NCBI GenBank assembly: GCA_012510335.1
Contig: JAAZIF010000345.1
Location: forward strand, 1 to 34,831
Direction: 5' to 3'
DNA length: 34,831 bases
DNA from: Methanomicrobiales archaeon
GTDB taxonomy: Archaea; Halobacteriota; Methanomicrobia; Methanomicrobiales; Methanoculleaceae
A model generated the notes under the pieces. It made no database searches and was not told where the DNA came from. It saw only the letters and a list, made by a program, of their open reading frames with translations. Each line of letters opens with the position of its first letter. Position 1 is the first letter of the stretch. Below, in pieces: positions 19,395 to 28,670 of this stretch. Both the position numbers and the translations under genes were made by a program.

Positions 19395-19553
19395 CTAGAC
19401 CCTCACGAACCGGCTCTTCCCTACGCCACATCGGGGGCATTTCCAGTCGGCAGAGAGGTCTTCGAAGGCTGTATTCGGCTTAACGCCGCGGGCAGAGTCC
19501 CCGATCGCGGGGTTGTAGATGTAGCCGCATACTGTGCATCGGTATGAATCCAT
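19395..19553 (-). CDS. Rubredoxin
   Basis: [15 protein letters not shown]...[20 protein letters not shown]. Confidence 0.93.
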   Translation of the reverse strand: MDSYRCTVCGYIYNPAIGDSARGVKPNTAFEDLSADWKCPRCGVGKSRFVRV

Positions 19554-19640
19554 AACGGGTTCTCCTTTCCGCCCTAACCTGCCTCGCGGGCTGGCGGGCA
19601 TAAGATCTCACTTTGACCCGGGAATGGATAAGCGCTCCGG

Positions 19641-21203
19641 TCAGGAGGCCGGGAGAGGGAGTTCCTTTCCGGAGATGCCGTCGAGGACGATCGAGCGCTC
19701 CCCTCGCTCCGATGCCAGCCTGATCTCATAGACAGGGTAGTAGATCGTCTCAAGCCCGACGATCTCAGCCGTCGGTTCAAGCCCTTTCAGGATTGTCCGG
19801 AGCGAGGCCTCCGTGACCTTCACCTCCAGCGCCTCCTCACGGAGCGGTTCCATCGGGAGTGCCTCCCCTCGCCTGAGTGTGTGCAGCCCCGGAACCTCCC
19901 CGGTGAGAAGCGGCACATACACCACAGCGCTCCCTGCCGTCGTCACCTCGGTGATCAGCTTCGCCTCCCGGAGCTGCTTTATGGCTTTCTTCACCGCGCC
20001 AGGGGAGAGGCGGGTATCGGCCTCGATCTCGGCCATGGTCGACCCGCCGTTCGCAAGCCCGGCGACGACCTTCACCGCCGCCTCATCGAGCCCCAGGAGC
20101 TCCGAGAACCCGGGCCGGACCTTAATGCCGCGATCCAGCTCGACGATGCAGCCGGTCAGGGCGTCGAGGACGAACGATGCCATCTTCGTCGTCTTCCGGA
20201 TGAGACCACCGATATAGCGGATCTCAACCAGGAGTAACGGCCGGTAGACGCGCCCGGCAGATACGATCCGCTCCTCGGGCTCGAGGATACGGAACCGGCG
20301 CCTCCGTTTCGCCATCGCTATATCGAGCGCCTCCTCCCGGAGCAGCATCGGGATGACCGCATCGCCGGCGGCAGGCGGATCTTCCTCCTCCGGGGAGTTT
20401 ACAGCGGGTTCTGGCGCCGGGGCAGGCGGAGCAGGCACGAGTCGGGGCGTCACCCCCCTGTGCTTCGTCACCCGTCCGCGGAACTTCATCTTCACCTTCC
20501 CCCGGGAGAGTCCGCCCATGACGAAGAACTCCCCCGGCTCGAGCTCCGCAAGCTCCTCGACCTCCCTCCGGGACGAGAAGAAGAGGTTTACTGCTTTTAG
20601 ATCGTTCTCTATCGAGAGCTTCCCTATGATCTGGCTGTTGCACTGCGAAAGAACGTTCTTTGTCACGAGCGACGGCCGCTGAGTCGCGACCATCAGCCCG
20701 AGCCCGCGTTTCCGTCCCCGGCGGGATATCTCCTCGATCTTTTTTATGGGGGCGCCGATCTGGGGGATGAACTTGTCTGCCTCCTCCACGATCAGCAGGA
20801 AGGGCTGCCTCAGCCGGCTCTCGAGGTCGTAGAGTATCTCGGCGAGCTTCGTCACCTCTTCACGCATATCCGCCGCCTCAGAGACGTCGAAGATCACCGC
20901 AGCCCTTGAGCGGATCGCATCCTGCATAACCTCCCTGACATCGACCTTCCCGATCTCCGCGTCACAACCCTCGCTCAAACCCAGCCAGATGAGGGAGAAG
21001 CGATCCTTGAGCGAGAAGTATTCCCCCTCCGTATCGATTATGCAAAACCCAATCCGGGCCTGGAGGAGCTGCTCACATATGACCGCTATGCCCCAGCTCT
21101 TCCCGGCGCCCGACTGCGCGATGATGCAGGTCCGTCCTGTCACCAGCTCCTGAGCATCGACAGCGATATCCAGATCGCCGGCCTTCCCGATGACGAGATC
21201 CAT
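19641..21203 (-). CDS. HerA/DUF87-family P-loop ATPase with extra C-terminal domains
   Basis: Walker A AQSGAGKS, Walker B LLIVEEAD, RRGRKRG, ATQRP; wHTH-like segment. Confidence 0.85.
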   Translation of the reverse strand: MDLVIGKAGDLDIAVDAQELVTGRTCIIAQSGAGKSWGIAVICEQLLQARIGFCIIDTEGEYFSLKDRFSLIWLGLSEGCDAEIGKVDVREVMQDAIRSRAAVIFDVSEAADMREEVTKLAEILYDLESRLRQPFLLIVEEADKFIPQIGAPIKKIEEISRRGRKRGLGLMVATQRPSLVTKNVLSQCNSQIIGKLSIENDLKAVNLFFSSRREVEELAELEPGEFFVMGGLSRGKVKMKFRGRVTKHRGVTPRLVPAPPAPAPEPAVNSPEEEDPPAAGDAVIPMLLREEALDIAMAKRRRRFRILEPEERIVSAGRVYRPLLLVEIRYIGGLIRKTTKMASFVLDALTGCIVELDRGIKVRPGFSELLGLDEAAVKVVAGLANGGSTMAEIEADTRLSPGAVKKAIKQLREAKLITEVTTAGSAVVYVPLLTGEVPGLHTLRRGEALPMEPLREEALEVKVTEASLRTILKGLEPTAEIVGLETIYYPVYEIRLASERGERSIVLDGISGKELPLPAS

Positions 21204-21287
21204 CCTATCAGATGATCAGAGGGCGCACGGGGCTTTAAGGCTTCGCTTCGGTTCTTTAGAGATGGATTCAGCGATCAGAGAGATCCA

Positions 21288-22670
21288 TCAGCGCCTGTTC
21301 CGGCTGAGCGATAATACAACTCCGAAGACTGAAAGGACGCCGAACGCAAGGAAGATCAGGTGCAGGCTCCTCTGGAACTCCGGGAATATAGCCGGTGTGA
21401 CGACGGTCGACCCCATGATGAACGCAAAGACCACGAGGACCGCCCCCATGGAGAGCATCATACCGAGCGAGCGCATCATCGCCGTCATCGCCGACGCGCT
21501 CCCGTAGAACCTCGCCTCCACGCAGCCCATAATGGCTGCGGTGTTCGGGGACGAAAAGAGCCCGACCCCGGCGCCCAGAACTGCCAGGAGCGCGACGATC
21601 GCCGTGACCGGCGTCGCATCCGAGAGTGTGACAAGGCCGAAGAGACAGACCGCCGAGAGCGCCATCCCCACCGAGGCGACGTGTCCTGGCTGTACCCGGT
21701 CGGCGAGGCGACCCGCCGCCGGGGCGACGAAGGCCTGGACTATCGGCTGTACGAGGAGGAGGGTGCCTGCGGCGATGGGTTCGTAGCCCCGTATGTACTG
21801 GAGGTAGAGGGAGAGGAGGAATCCGACCGCGTATGTGGCGCTGTAGTTGATCAGGGCGGCGCCGTTCGATGCAGCAAAGACCCGGTTTGACGTAAGCAGC
21901 GAGACCGGGAAGAGAGGATTCTGGTGCCGCCGCTCCACCAGGTAGAAGGCCGCCCCGAGCACGAGCGCCGCTACGAGGAGCATCAAGCCGCCCGGGGTGG
22001 CCGCCGAGGCCAGACCCAGGAAGAGGCAGAAGATCAGGGCGGATGAGAGGATCAGGCCCGGGAGATCGAAGCGCTCCTGGCGCCGGTCGTTCAGGAACGC
22101 CGGGAATCTTCCGGCGCAGGCGAGGACCGGGACGGCGATGGCCACGGTCACGACGAAGGTGCTCCGCCACCCGAAGAACTGGGTCAGGGCGCCCCCGATG
22201 AACGGCCCGAGGGAGAGGCCGGCATAGACGGCGGTGGTGTTGAGCCCGATCGCGTAACCCCGTTCGCCAGGCGGGTAGAGGTATGTGATCAGGGCCACGC
22301 TGTTTGCATAGATCATGGCGCCGCCGATCCCCTGCACGAACCGGAATAGAAGGAGCATGCCGATCGTGGGCGTGAAGACGGCGAGGAGGGAGCCGGCGGT
22401 GTAGACCAGGGTTCCGGTCATGAAGACGGTGACCCGCCCCCGGGAGTCGCCGAGCCTCCCCGCCGGGAGGAGGAATATGACAGACGCAAGAAGGTAGGCG
22501 CTCGTGACCCAGGCGAGCGTGGCGGCGTCGGCAGCAAACTCCGCCCCGATTGCGGGGAGCGCGAGGTTAACAGCGGTGCCGGTGAAGGGGTTTAAGAACG
22601 TGGCGATTGTGATTAGTACCAGGATGAATCTTCGCGAATACGTCTGCTCCTCGCCCTGCTCTACATTCAT
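21288..22670 (-). CDS. MFS drug:H+ antiporter (DHA2-like)
   Basis: VNLALPAI, GRLGDSRGR, FRFVQGIGGA, GPFIGGAL; many TM segments. Confidence 0.9.
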   Translation of the reverse strand: MNVEQGEEQTYSRRFILVLITIATFLNPFTGTAVNLALPAIGAEFAADAATLAWVTSAYLLASVIFLLPAGRLGDSRGRVTVFMTGTLVYTAGSLLAVFTPTIGMLLLFRFVQGIGGAMIYANSVALITYLYPPGERGYAIGLNTTAVYAGLSLGPFIGGALTQFFGWRSTFVVTVAIAVPVLACAGRFPAFLNDRRQERFDLPGLILSSALIFCLFLGLASAATPGGLMLLVAALVLGAAFYLVERRHQNPLFPVSLLTSNRVFAASNGAALINYSATYAVGFLLSLYLQYIRGYEPIAAGTLLLVQPIVQAFVAPAAGRLADRVQPGHVASVGMALSAVCLFGLVTLSDATPVTAIVALLAVLGAGVGLFSSPNTAAIMGCVEARFYGSASAMTAMMRSLGMMLSMGAVLVVFAFIMGSTVVTPAIFPEFQRSLHLIFLAFGVLSVFGVVLSLSRNRR

Positions 22671-22894
22671 CCCCGGGAACCCTGGAAAATCCCATTCTCA
22701 TCCGGATTCTCCGCTACAAGGGTATTTGCACTCATCGCATAAGAACGCTGATACCCGGGGAGAATTATACTGATAATCGATATCCGGGCGGAGGTATGAA
22801 CCGCCTTTACGGTGCGTATGCAATAAGAGGGCGCAGGAGACCGATCGGTCCCGGCACCCTTCGCACGCTCCTCCGTGAGTGGGGCTGGAACCAC

Positions 22895-23233
22895 CTACCG
22901 CCAGATTGCCCCCGCGATGGCGCCGCCGATCAGGGAGAGCAGCCCCTGGTAGATGAACGCCGATACTATGATGACAAGCGATGTCCCGACCCCCGCTACA
23001 AACCCGAACGCCCCGAGCATAACCGTGCCACCGATAAGAAGCAGCACCGCGATTATGATAGCACCGAGGATGCCGGCAATCAGCCCGGCCTTCGCTCCGT
23101 TCCCTACCCCGCCCCCGACCATCCAGCCGGCGACAAAACCGCCGACCAGCGGCCCGATGACCGGCAGCAGGTAGCCCAGGATAAGCCCTACAAGCCAGCC
23201 GACGATGACACCCGTCCAGAAATTACTCGCCAT
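22895..23233 (-). CDS. Small Gly-rich membrane protein (DUF5518-like)
   Basis: GPLVGGFVAGWM..GNGAKAGLIAG; own TATA box (AAACGTTTATAT) at about 23270-23281. Confidence 0.75.
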   Translation of the reverse strand: MASNFWTGVIVGWLVGLILGYLLPVIGPLVGGFVAGWMVGGGVGNGAKAGLIAGILGAIIIAVLLLIGGTVMLGAFGFVAGVGTSLVIIVSAFIYQGLLSLIGGAIAGAIWR

Positions 23234-23295
23234 AACGTTCCTTCACCGCCGGGTGGTAGGGGATCTGGAATATAAACGTTTGGGTCGGGATCGGG

Positions 23296-24246
23296 CTACC
23301 GGTGGATCAGCGTTCCTACCCGCCCGGCAAGGGCGTCACCTGCCGAATCGAGCGATGTTATAACCACCCGGCGTCCTCCGGCCTCCAGAAACGCGATGGC
23401 CGCCTCGATCTTCGGCCCCATGGACCCGGGCGGGAAGTGCGTCTCAGCAAGATGCTTTTTCGCCCCGGCAACCGTCATCTCGCGGATAACCTGCTGATCC
23501 GGATCTCCGTAATTCAGGAAGACATACTCAACATCGGTCAGTATAAGCAGGTAGTCAGCGTCTATGAGCCGTGCGAGGAGCGCTGCGGTGTAGTCCTTGT
23601 CAACCACCCCTTCAACACCGCGAAGGAGGCCGTGCGGACTGGAGACCACCGGGATCCCGCCGCCGCCAGCGGCGATCACGACCATCCCATCCCTGACGAG
23701 CCGGGTTATCACCTCACCCTCCACAAGGGCGATCGGGCGCGGTGAGGGAACCACCCGCCGGTAATCCTTCCCCGGGATCGGCACCATCTTCCAGCCCTTC
23801 TCCTTCATGAGACCCTTTGCCTGCTCCTCCGTATAATAAGGACCGATGGGTTTTGTCGGGTTCTCGAACGCCGGGTCATCGGCATCCACCACGGTCTGCG
23901 TCAACACTGTCACCACCGGGCAGTCGATCCCTGCCGCCCGGAGGGTCTCGTTCAGCGACTGCTGGAGCATATACCCGATCATCCCCTGGCTCTCGGCCCC
24001 GCAGATATCGAGCGGCATAGGGGGGAGGGTATCCTTCGCCATCTCATTCCTGAGGAGGATATCCCCCACCTGCGGACCATTCCCATGGGTGACTACGACG
24101 GCGTAACCTTCGCGGATGATCTCTGCTATATGCTGCGAGGTCCGGCGGACGTTTGAGAACTGCCCCTCAGCGGTGCCCCTCTCGTTATGTCGCAGAATGG
24201 CGTTGCCGCCAAGCGCGACCACTACAGCCTTCTTCACCATCCGCAT
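23296..24246 (-). CDS. arcC: Carbamate kinase
   Basis: VVALGGNA, THGNGPQVG, PTKPIGP, RRVVPSP, GGGGIPV, GSMGPK. Confidence 0.95.
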   Translation of the reverse strand: MRMVKKAVVVALGGNAILRHNERGTAEGQFSNVRRTSQHIAEIIREGYAVVVTHGNGPQVGDILLRNEMAKDTLPPMPLDICGAESQGMIGYMLQQSLNETLRAAGIDCPVVTVLTQTVVDADDPAFENPTKPIGPYYTEEQAKGLMKEKGWKMVPIPGKDYRRVVPSPRPIALVEGEVITRLVRDGMVVIAAGGGGIPVVSSPHGLLRGVEGVVDKDYTAALLARLIDADYLLILTDVEYVFLNYGDPDQQVIREMTVAGAKKHLAETHFPPGSMGPKIEAAIAFLEAGGRRVVITSLDSAGDALAGRVGTLIHR

Positions 24247-25538
24247 CACCCCCGCTCCAGCGTGCAGGTCATGCAGTGGGGACCGCCGTAGCCTCCGGTC
24301 AGGTTCTCGAGGCGCAGCGGGAAGACCTCGATGCCATGCTGGCAGAACTCCTCCTTATGAGGAAAGAACTCTCCCGAATTTTTGATCCGGCGGTAGTCCT
24401 CTTCTGCATGATTGAGGAGCCGCCCGTAGCGGGCCGCATCAAGTGAGGCCTTCCGTTCCAGGTTCGCGAGCACCATCTTCATCACCCGCTCCCCGTCAAC
24501 CGTGAGGATGACGCCGTCGCGTATGCAGAGAACGTTTGCGGCATATGAGAGCTGCTCCAGGATCGATAGATCGATCACAGAAAAACCCTTTGACCTGATG
24601 TAGTCATAAAGGCTCAGGGTCTCCCCCGAAGGCTCATATCCCCCGCTCGTCCTGTGGCAGACGTCGACCTGTGCCCGCCGGAGCAGAACCTCCGGGCCGA
24701 TCACCACCCCGCTTCCCGCGACGTTGAAGTAGGTATCGAGATGCATATCGATCATCGGGTCGGGCCGCCTGCTCGGGATGAGGGGATGGCCCGGCTGGTG
24801 GACGACGCCGATCTCGTCAAAACCCATAAGACAACCGAGGATCTGGCAAACCCCGGCCTGGTTCGTCCGGTCCCCGGTGCCGATGAGAGCAAAATCCCCC
24901 ATCGGCATGAAGTCGCCACCTTCAAAGGTTCCGGGCTCACTCACCGCCCCGGCGATTGGGATGCCGAGGATCTCCCAGAGGAACCGGGTTATATCTGTCT
25001 CCCGGGATCGCTGAGGCTTTGCCAGCCGGGTGAGAACCAGGCCGCAATCGGTCATCGCCTGCTGATCGCGCATAAAGTAGAGGTTCGTGAGCGGCCCCTG
25101 CCCTCGAATACGAACATCCACACCGCCGCCGGCGTGCCCCCCTCCGACCTCGATGACCGGATTTAAGAGGAGGAGGGTGAAGAAGTGCTGGGAGTCCAGC
25201 GCATCAGCGTTCTGCTCCATACTCCGGCGGGCCTCCGCTACCTCCCTCCTCTCGCCGCGAATGACGACGGTCTCATGCGCCCAATCGACGAGTCGCCGGC
25301 GCACGGCAGGATCACGATCGGCGGCATCGATGATGGTCTCCTTGAGCCGCAGCACCCGGACACCGAACTCCTCCTCAAGGGACTGCTCAAGGCTCTCGTG
25401 CTCCCGGCGCGCCTCATAGCGGCTGAACGCCCGCTCATAGAGTGCCGCATACGGCTCAAGAAGCCCGAAAAACATCTCGATTCCAGGTCTGTGGATGGCA
25501 ACCTTCCTGAGCCTTTCCCATTCTGCCCCCGCTGCCAT
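24246..25538 (-). CDS. arcA: Arginine deiminase family protein
   Basis: NLYFMRD, FEGGD, MHLDT and catalytic GGPHCMT; start MAAGAEW. Confidence 0.88.
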   Translation of the reverse strand: MAAGAEWERLRKVAIHRPGIEMFFGLLEPYAALYERAFSRYEARREHESLEQSLEEEFGVRVLRLKETIIDAADRDPAVRRRLVDWAHETVVIRGERREVAEARRSMEQNADALDSQHFFTLLLLNPVIEVGGGHAGGGVDVRIRGQGPLTNLYFMRDQQAMTDCGLVLTRLAKPQRSRETDITRFLWEILGIPIAGAVSEPGTFEGGDFMPMGDFALIGTGDRTNQAGVCQILGCLMGFDEIGVVHQPGHPLIPSRRPDPMIDMHLDTYFNVAGSGVVIGPEVLLRRAQVDVCHRTSGGYEPSGETLSLYDYIRSKGFSVIDLSILEQLSYAANVLCIRDGVILTVDGERVMKMVLANLERKASLDAARYGRLLNHAEEDYRRIKNSGEFFPHKEEFCQHGIEVFPLRLENLTGGYGGPHCMTCTLERG

Positions 25539-25799
25539 GCGCCTCACCACCCCCGCCCGGGGGCGATCACTACAGAGAAAATTCGACTTTTCTGCCATTC
25601 GATGATGAAACTGACGCTTGAAGCGACGACAAACGCCATCAGACTGTAGAGAAGATTTTTTATACACCGACCCATCCATTGGCACTCCAATCAGGATATT
25701 TCTCCCGGGAAAATGGATAAACCTGTCGCGGACAGTCTTTGCCCGCAGGTTGGAGGAGCGTGAGCACAATAATTATAGCCATGAGAGGCGACTCCCTCA

Positions 25800-26304
25800 C
25801 AGGAGATATTATCCTCCGCCCGCGGAGGAGGTATTCAATCGTGAAGATCAAGCGCTACAGGCCTCCAATCTCTCCAGCCGCAAACCCACCCCGGGCAGTG
25901 CGGCGACTGCATCGCAACCCGACATACATCCCGATCAGGATCGGCCCGAAAGCAAGCGCCGCCGTTCTTGCAGCCCTATCAGCGACATCAACCATTGTCC
26001 GGACTGGTTCTCGGGATCTGCATACGTATTGCAGGGCTGTGAGCCCTGCCGGGCCGGCCTGAAACATTTTTCCAGTCTGCTTCATCGGATGCAAAGGCCA
26101 CGAAGGAGTTATTTGTCAGGTCAAAGAGTAGATCCACCTCCGCCGGGGCCAGGTTGAGAACAACAGCGGCGACATGGCGAGAATGGGTGGAAGCACATGC
26201 AGGAATGTCCGGACCATCGTTGCAGGCCGCAGATAGAGGAGGGCACCTGTCGCAAGGGATCCCGGGTGAAGGCAAAATGCAGCGACCTTGAGGAACGCAT
26301 GCAT
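25800..26304 (-). pseudogene. Possible decayed membrane-protein gene (MATE-like C-terminus?)
   Basis: Hydrophobic fragments spread over several frames, e.g. TAALAFGPILIGMYVG...GGFAAGEIGGL*RLIFTIEYLLRG. Confidence 0.25.
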
Positions 26305-26379
26305 CCCCGAGGAAAGGAAAATATGAGAACACCGCGCATAGATTTATAGCACACGCCGGAAGGAGACTGGAGGCACCTG

Positions 26380-27330
26380 ATGGGAGATGACGATATCATC
26401 GAGGTGAAGGATCTCGAACATGCATTTAACGACGTCGAGGCGGTGCGCGGCATCAGTTTCAGCGTCCGGAGGGGCGAGATTTTCTCTTTCCTCGGCCCAA
26501 ACGGCGCGGGAAAGAGCACCACGATCAACATCCTGACGACGCTCCTCCCCATCCAGAGGGGCGCTGTGCAGGTGGCCGGCTACGATCTCGCACGGGAGCC
26601 TGAGAGGGTCAGGGAGTCCATCGGCATCGTCTTTCAGGACGAGGTGCTGGACCGCGACCTCACTGTCTGGGAGACGATGGAGTTTCATGGAAGACTTTAC
26701 TCGATCCCCCGCGATGAGCGTAGGCGGCGAATCGACGGTATGCTCGCTGTGGTAGAGCTCGAGGCCAAAAGAGATGTGCGTACAAAGAACCTCTCCGGCG
26801 GCATGAAACGGCGGCTCGAGATCGCGCGCGGTCTGATGACCAGGCCGGAAGTCCTCTTCCTGGATGAGCCCACGCAGGGGCTTGACCCCCAGACCCGGCT
26901 CCGGATGTGGGACTACATCAGGCAGGTAAACGCTGCCGGGACTACCATATTTTTAACCACGCATTACATGGATGAAGCAGATATGCTCTCTGACCGGATC
27001 AGCATCATCGATCACGGCAGGATCGTCATCACCGGAACCCCGGAGGAACTCAAGAACACCCTCGGTAAGGACGTCATCTACCTGGAGACCGGGGATGATG
27101 CGAAGGCGCGGGAGGCCCTCCGGGGGGTTTTAGAGATCCGGTCTATCACCGAATCACCGAGGGGGCTTTCGATCACCATATCGTCCGACGGGAGCCACTG
27201 TCTCCCCGGTATAGTCGAGCGGGTTCGCGACGCCGGGATCGAGATCATGAGCGTTAACCTCAAGAAACCGACGATGGACGACGTCTTCGTCCACTACACA
27301 GGCAAGGAACTGCGCGATACGGGAGCGTGA
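26380..27330 (+). CDS. ABC-2 exporter ATP-binding subunit (DrrA-like)
   Basis: GPNGAGKST, LSGGMKRR, FLDEPT, TTHYMDEA. Confidence 0.94.
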   Translation: MGDDDIIEVKDLEHAFNDVEAVRGISFSVRRGEIFSFLGPNGAGKSTTINILTTLLPIQRGAVQVAGYDLAREPERVRESIGIVFQDEVLDRDLTVWETMEFHGRLYSIPRDERRRRIDGMLAVVELEAKRDVRTKNLSGGMKRRLEIARGLMTRPEVLFLDEPTQGLDPQTRLRMWDYIRQVNAAGTTIFLTTHYMDEADMLSDRISIIDHGRIVITGTPEELKNTLGKDVIYLETGDDAKAREALRGVLEIRSITESPRGLSITISSDGSHCLPGIVERVRDAGIEIMSVNLKKPTMDDVFVHYTGKELRDTGA

Positions 27331-27339
27331 GCAGATCGA

Positions 27340-28176
27340 ATGGCATGGGAGTTTCTCACCGTCTACTGGCGGGAGATGATCAGGTTCGTCAGGTTCCGGA
27401 CGCAGCTCTTCTCGTCGCTCCTGCAGCCGGCGCTCTGGATGGCTTTCTTCGGCGTCGCCATGTCCTCAAGCTTCAACCGGTTCACCTCTGAGATCCCCGT
27501 CCCGCCGGGCACAGTCCCGGTCGACTACCTCACGTTCATGGCCGCCGGCATGATCGCTATGACGACCCTCTTTACGAGCCTCTTTGGCGGTATGAGCCTC
27601 CTCTTCGATAAGAACTGGGGGCTGATGCGGGAGATGCTCGCAAGCCCCATGCCCCGGACCCATATCATGATCGGGGTCAGCCTCTCGGGGATGACGAAGT
27701 CTTTCATACAGGTGGCGATCATAATGGCGTTCGGGCTCATCCTCGGGGTCGAGTTCTTCCCCGGGTTCTCGCCGGCCCGGATCGCCGTCTCGATCCTCGG
27801 CATATTCGTGTTCGTCGGGGTATTCTCACTCGGGTTCCTCCTCTTCTCCTCAAACATCTCCATGCGCCTCGAGAGCCCCGAAGGCCTGCAGGGGATCATC
27901 ACCCTCCTCACGATGCCGCTCTTCTTCGTCTCTAACGCCCTCTACCCGATCCAGGCCTTTCCGCCGTTCCTGCAGGCCCTCTCGACATACAACCCCCTGA
28001 CCCACCTGGTCAACGGCATCCGCTACTTCGCCCTCGGGAGCGAGTTCTTCGCCGTCGGAGCCAGGTATTCCTACACCACAACCGATATTCTCACATCGTT
28101 TGCCTATCTGCTGGCCTTCGCGGTGGTGATGTACATACTCGCCCGGCAGGCGTTCCGACGGGCGGTAGTAACATGA
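27340..28176 (+). CDS. ABC-2 exporter permease
   Basis: About 6 TM helices, MPLFFVSNALYP, YNPLTHLVNGIR. Confidence 0.92.
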   Translation: MAWEFLTVYWREMIRFVRFRTQLFSSLLQPALWMAFFGVAMSSSFNRFTSEIPVPPGTVPVDYLTFMAAGMIAMTTLFTSLFGGMSLLFDKNWGLMREMLASPMPRTHIMIGVSLSGMTKSFIQVAIIMAFGLILGVEFFPGFSPARIAVSILGIFVFVGVFSLGFLLFSSNISMRLESPEGLQGIITLLTMPLFFVSNALYPIQAFPPFLQALSTYNPLTHLVNGIRYFALGSEFFAVGARYSYTTTDILTSFAYLLAFAVVMYILARQAFRRAVVT

Positions 28177-28182
28177 GTAACC

Positions 28183-28614
28183 ATGCAGGGAGTCATCCAT
28201 GCAGCGCTGGCGATGCTGATCCTCAATCGCCGACACCCTTCCGGGATGCACCGGAGTGCCTGGCCCGGATAAGGCGGAGGAGTTCAGCCGGGCGATACCC
28301 TCGGAGGCGGGAAACGGCATCGCCGTGGTCAACAGGAACGGTGGCGTGAATGTGAGTGTCTGGGAGGAGGATCGCATCGCTGTTACGGCGGTCAAGCGGA
28401 CCGTCTACGGCCTGGTTGAACTCGCGAAGGTCAGGATCGAGACCATGCATACCGGCATGAACGTTCGGGCGGAGCGTGGGCTACACGATACGGCTGCCGC
28501 CGGACGTCATACTGCGGTTGGCCGAGAGTTCGAGCGGTCCGATCAAACCCTCGGGGGGGCCCGACGATCACCATCACCACCTCAAACGGGGATATCGAGC
28601 TCTCGGGGCTCTGA
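28183..28614 (+). pseudogene. Frameshifted DUF4097 (beta-strand repeat) lipoprotein
   Basis: Pieces in different frames: MQGVIHAALAMLIL / ..LPGCTG..VVNRNGGVNV / YTIRLP..AESSSGPI / GGPTITITTSNGDIEL*. Confidence 0.7.
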
Positions 28615-28670
28615 CCGGCGGGCACAACCCTTATGCCCTGCTGACCGGAGAGTACCTGAGAAAGGAGCAG

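Noticed and set aside
25539-25769. N-terminal extension of arcA in the ORF track (similar over-extensions for rpl14, rpl2, tfx, dcd, PUA)
   Set aside because: Family-like sequence and RBS or promoter positions support the downstream starts
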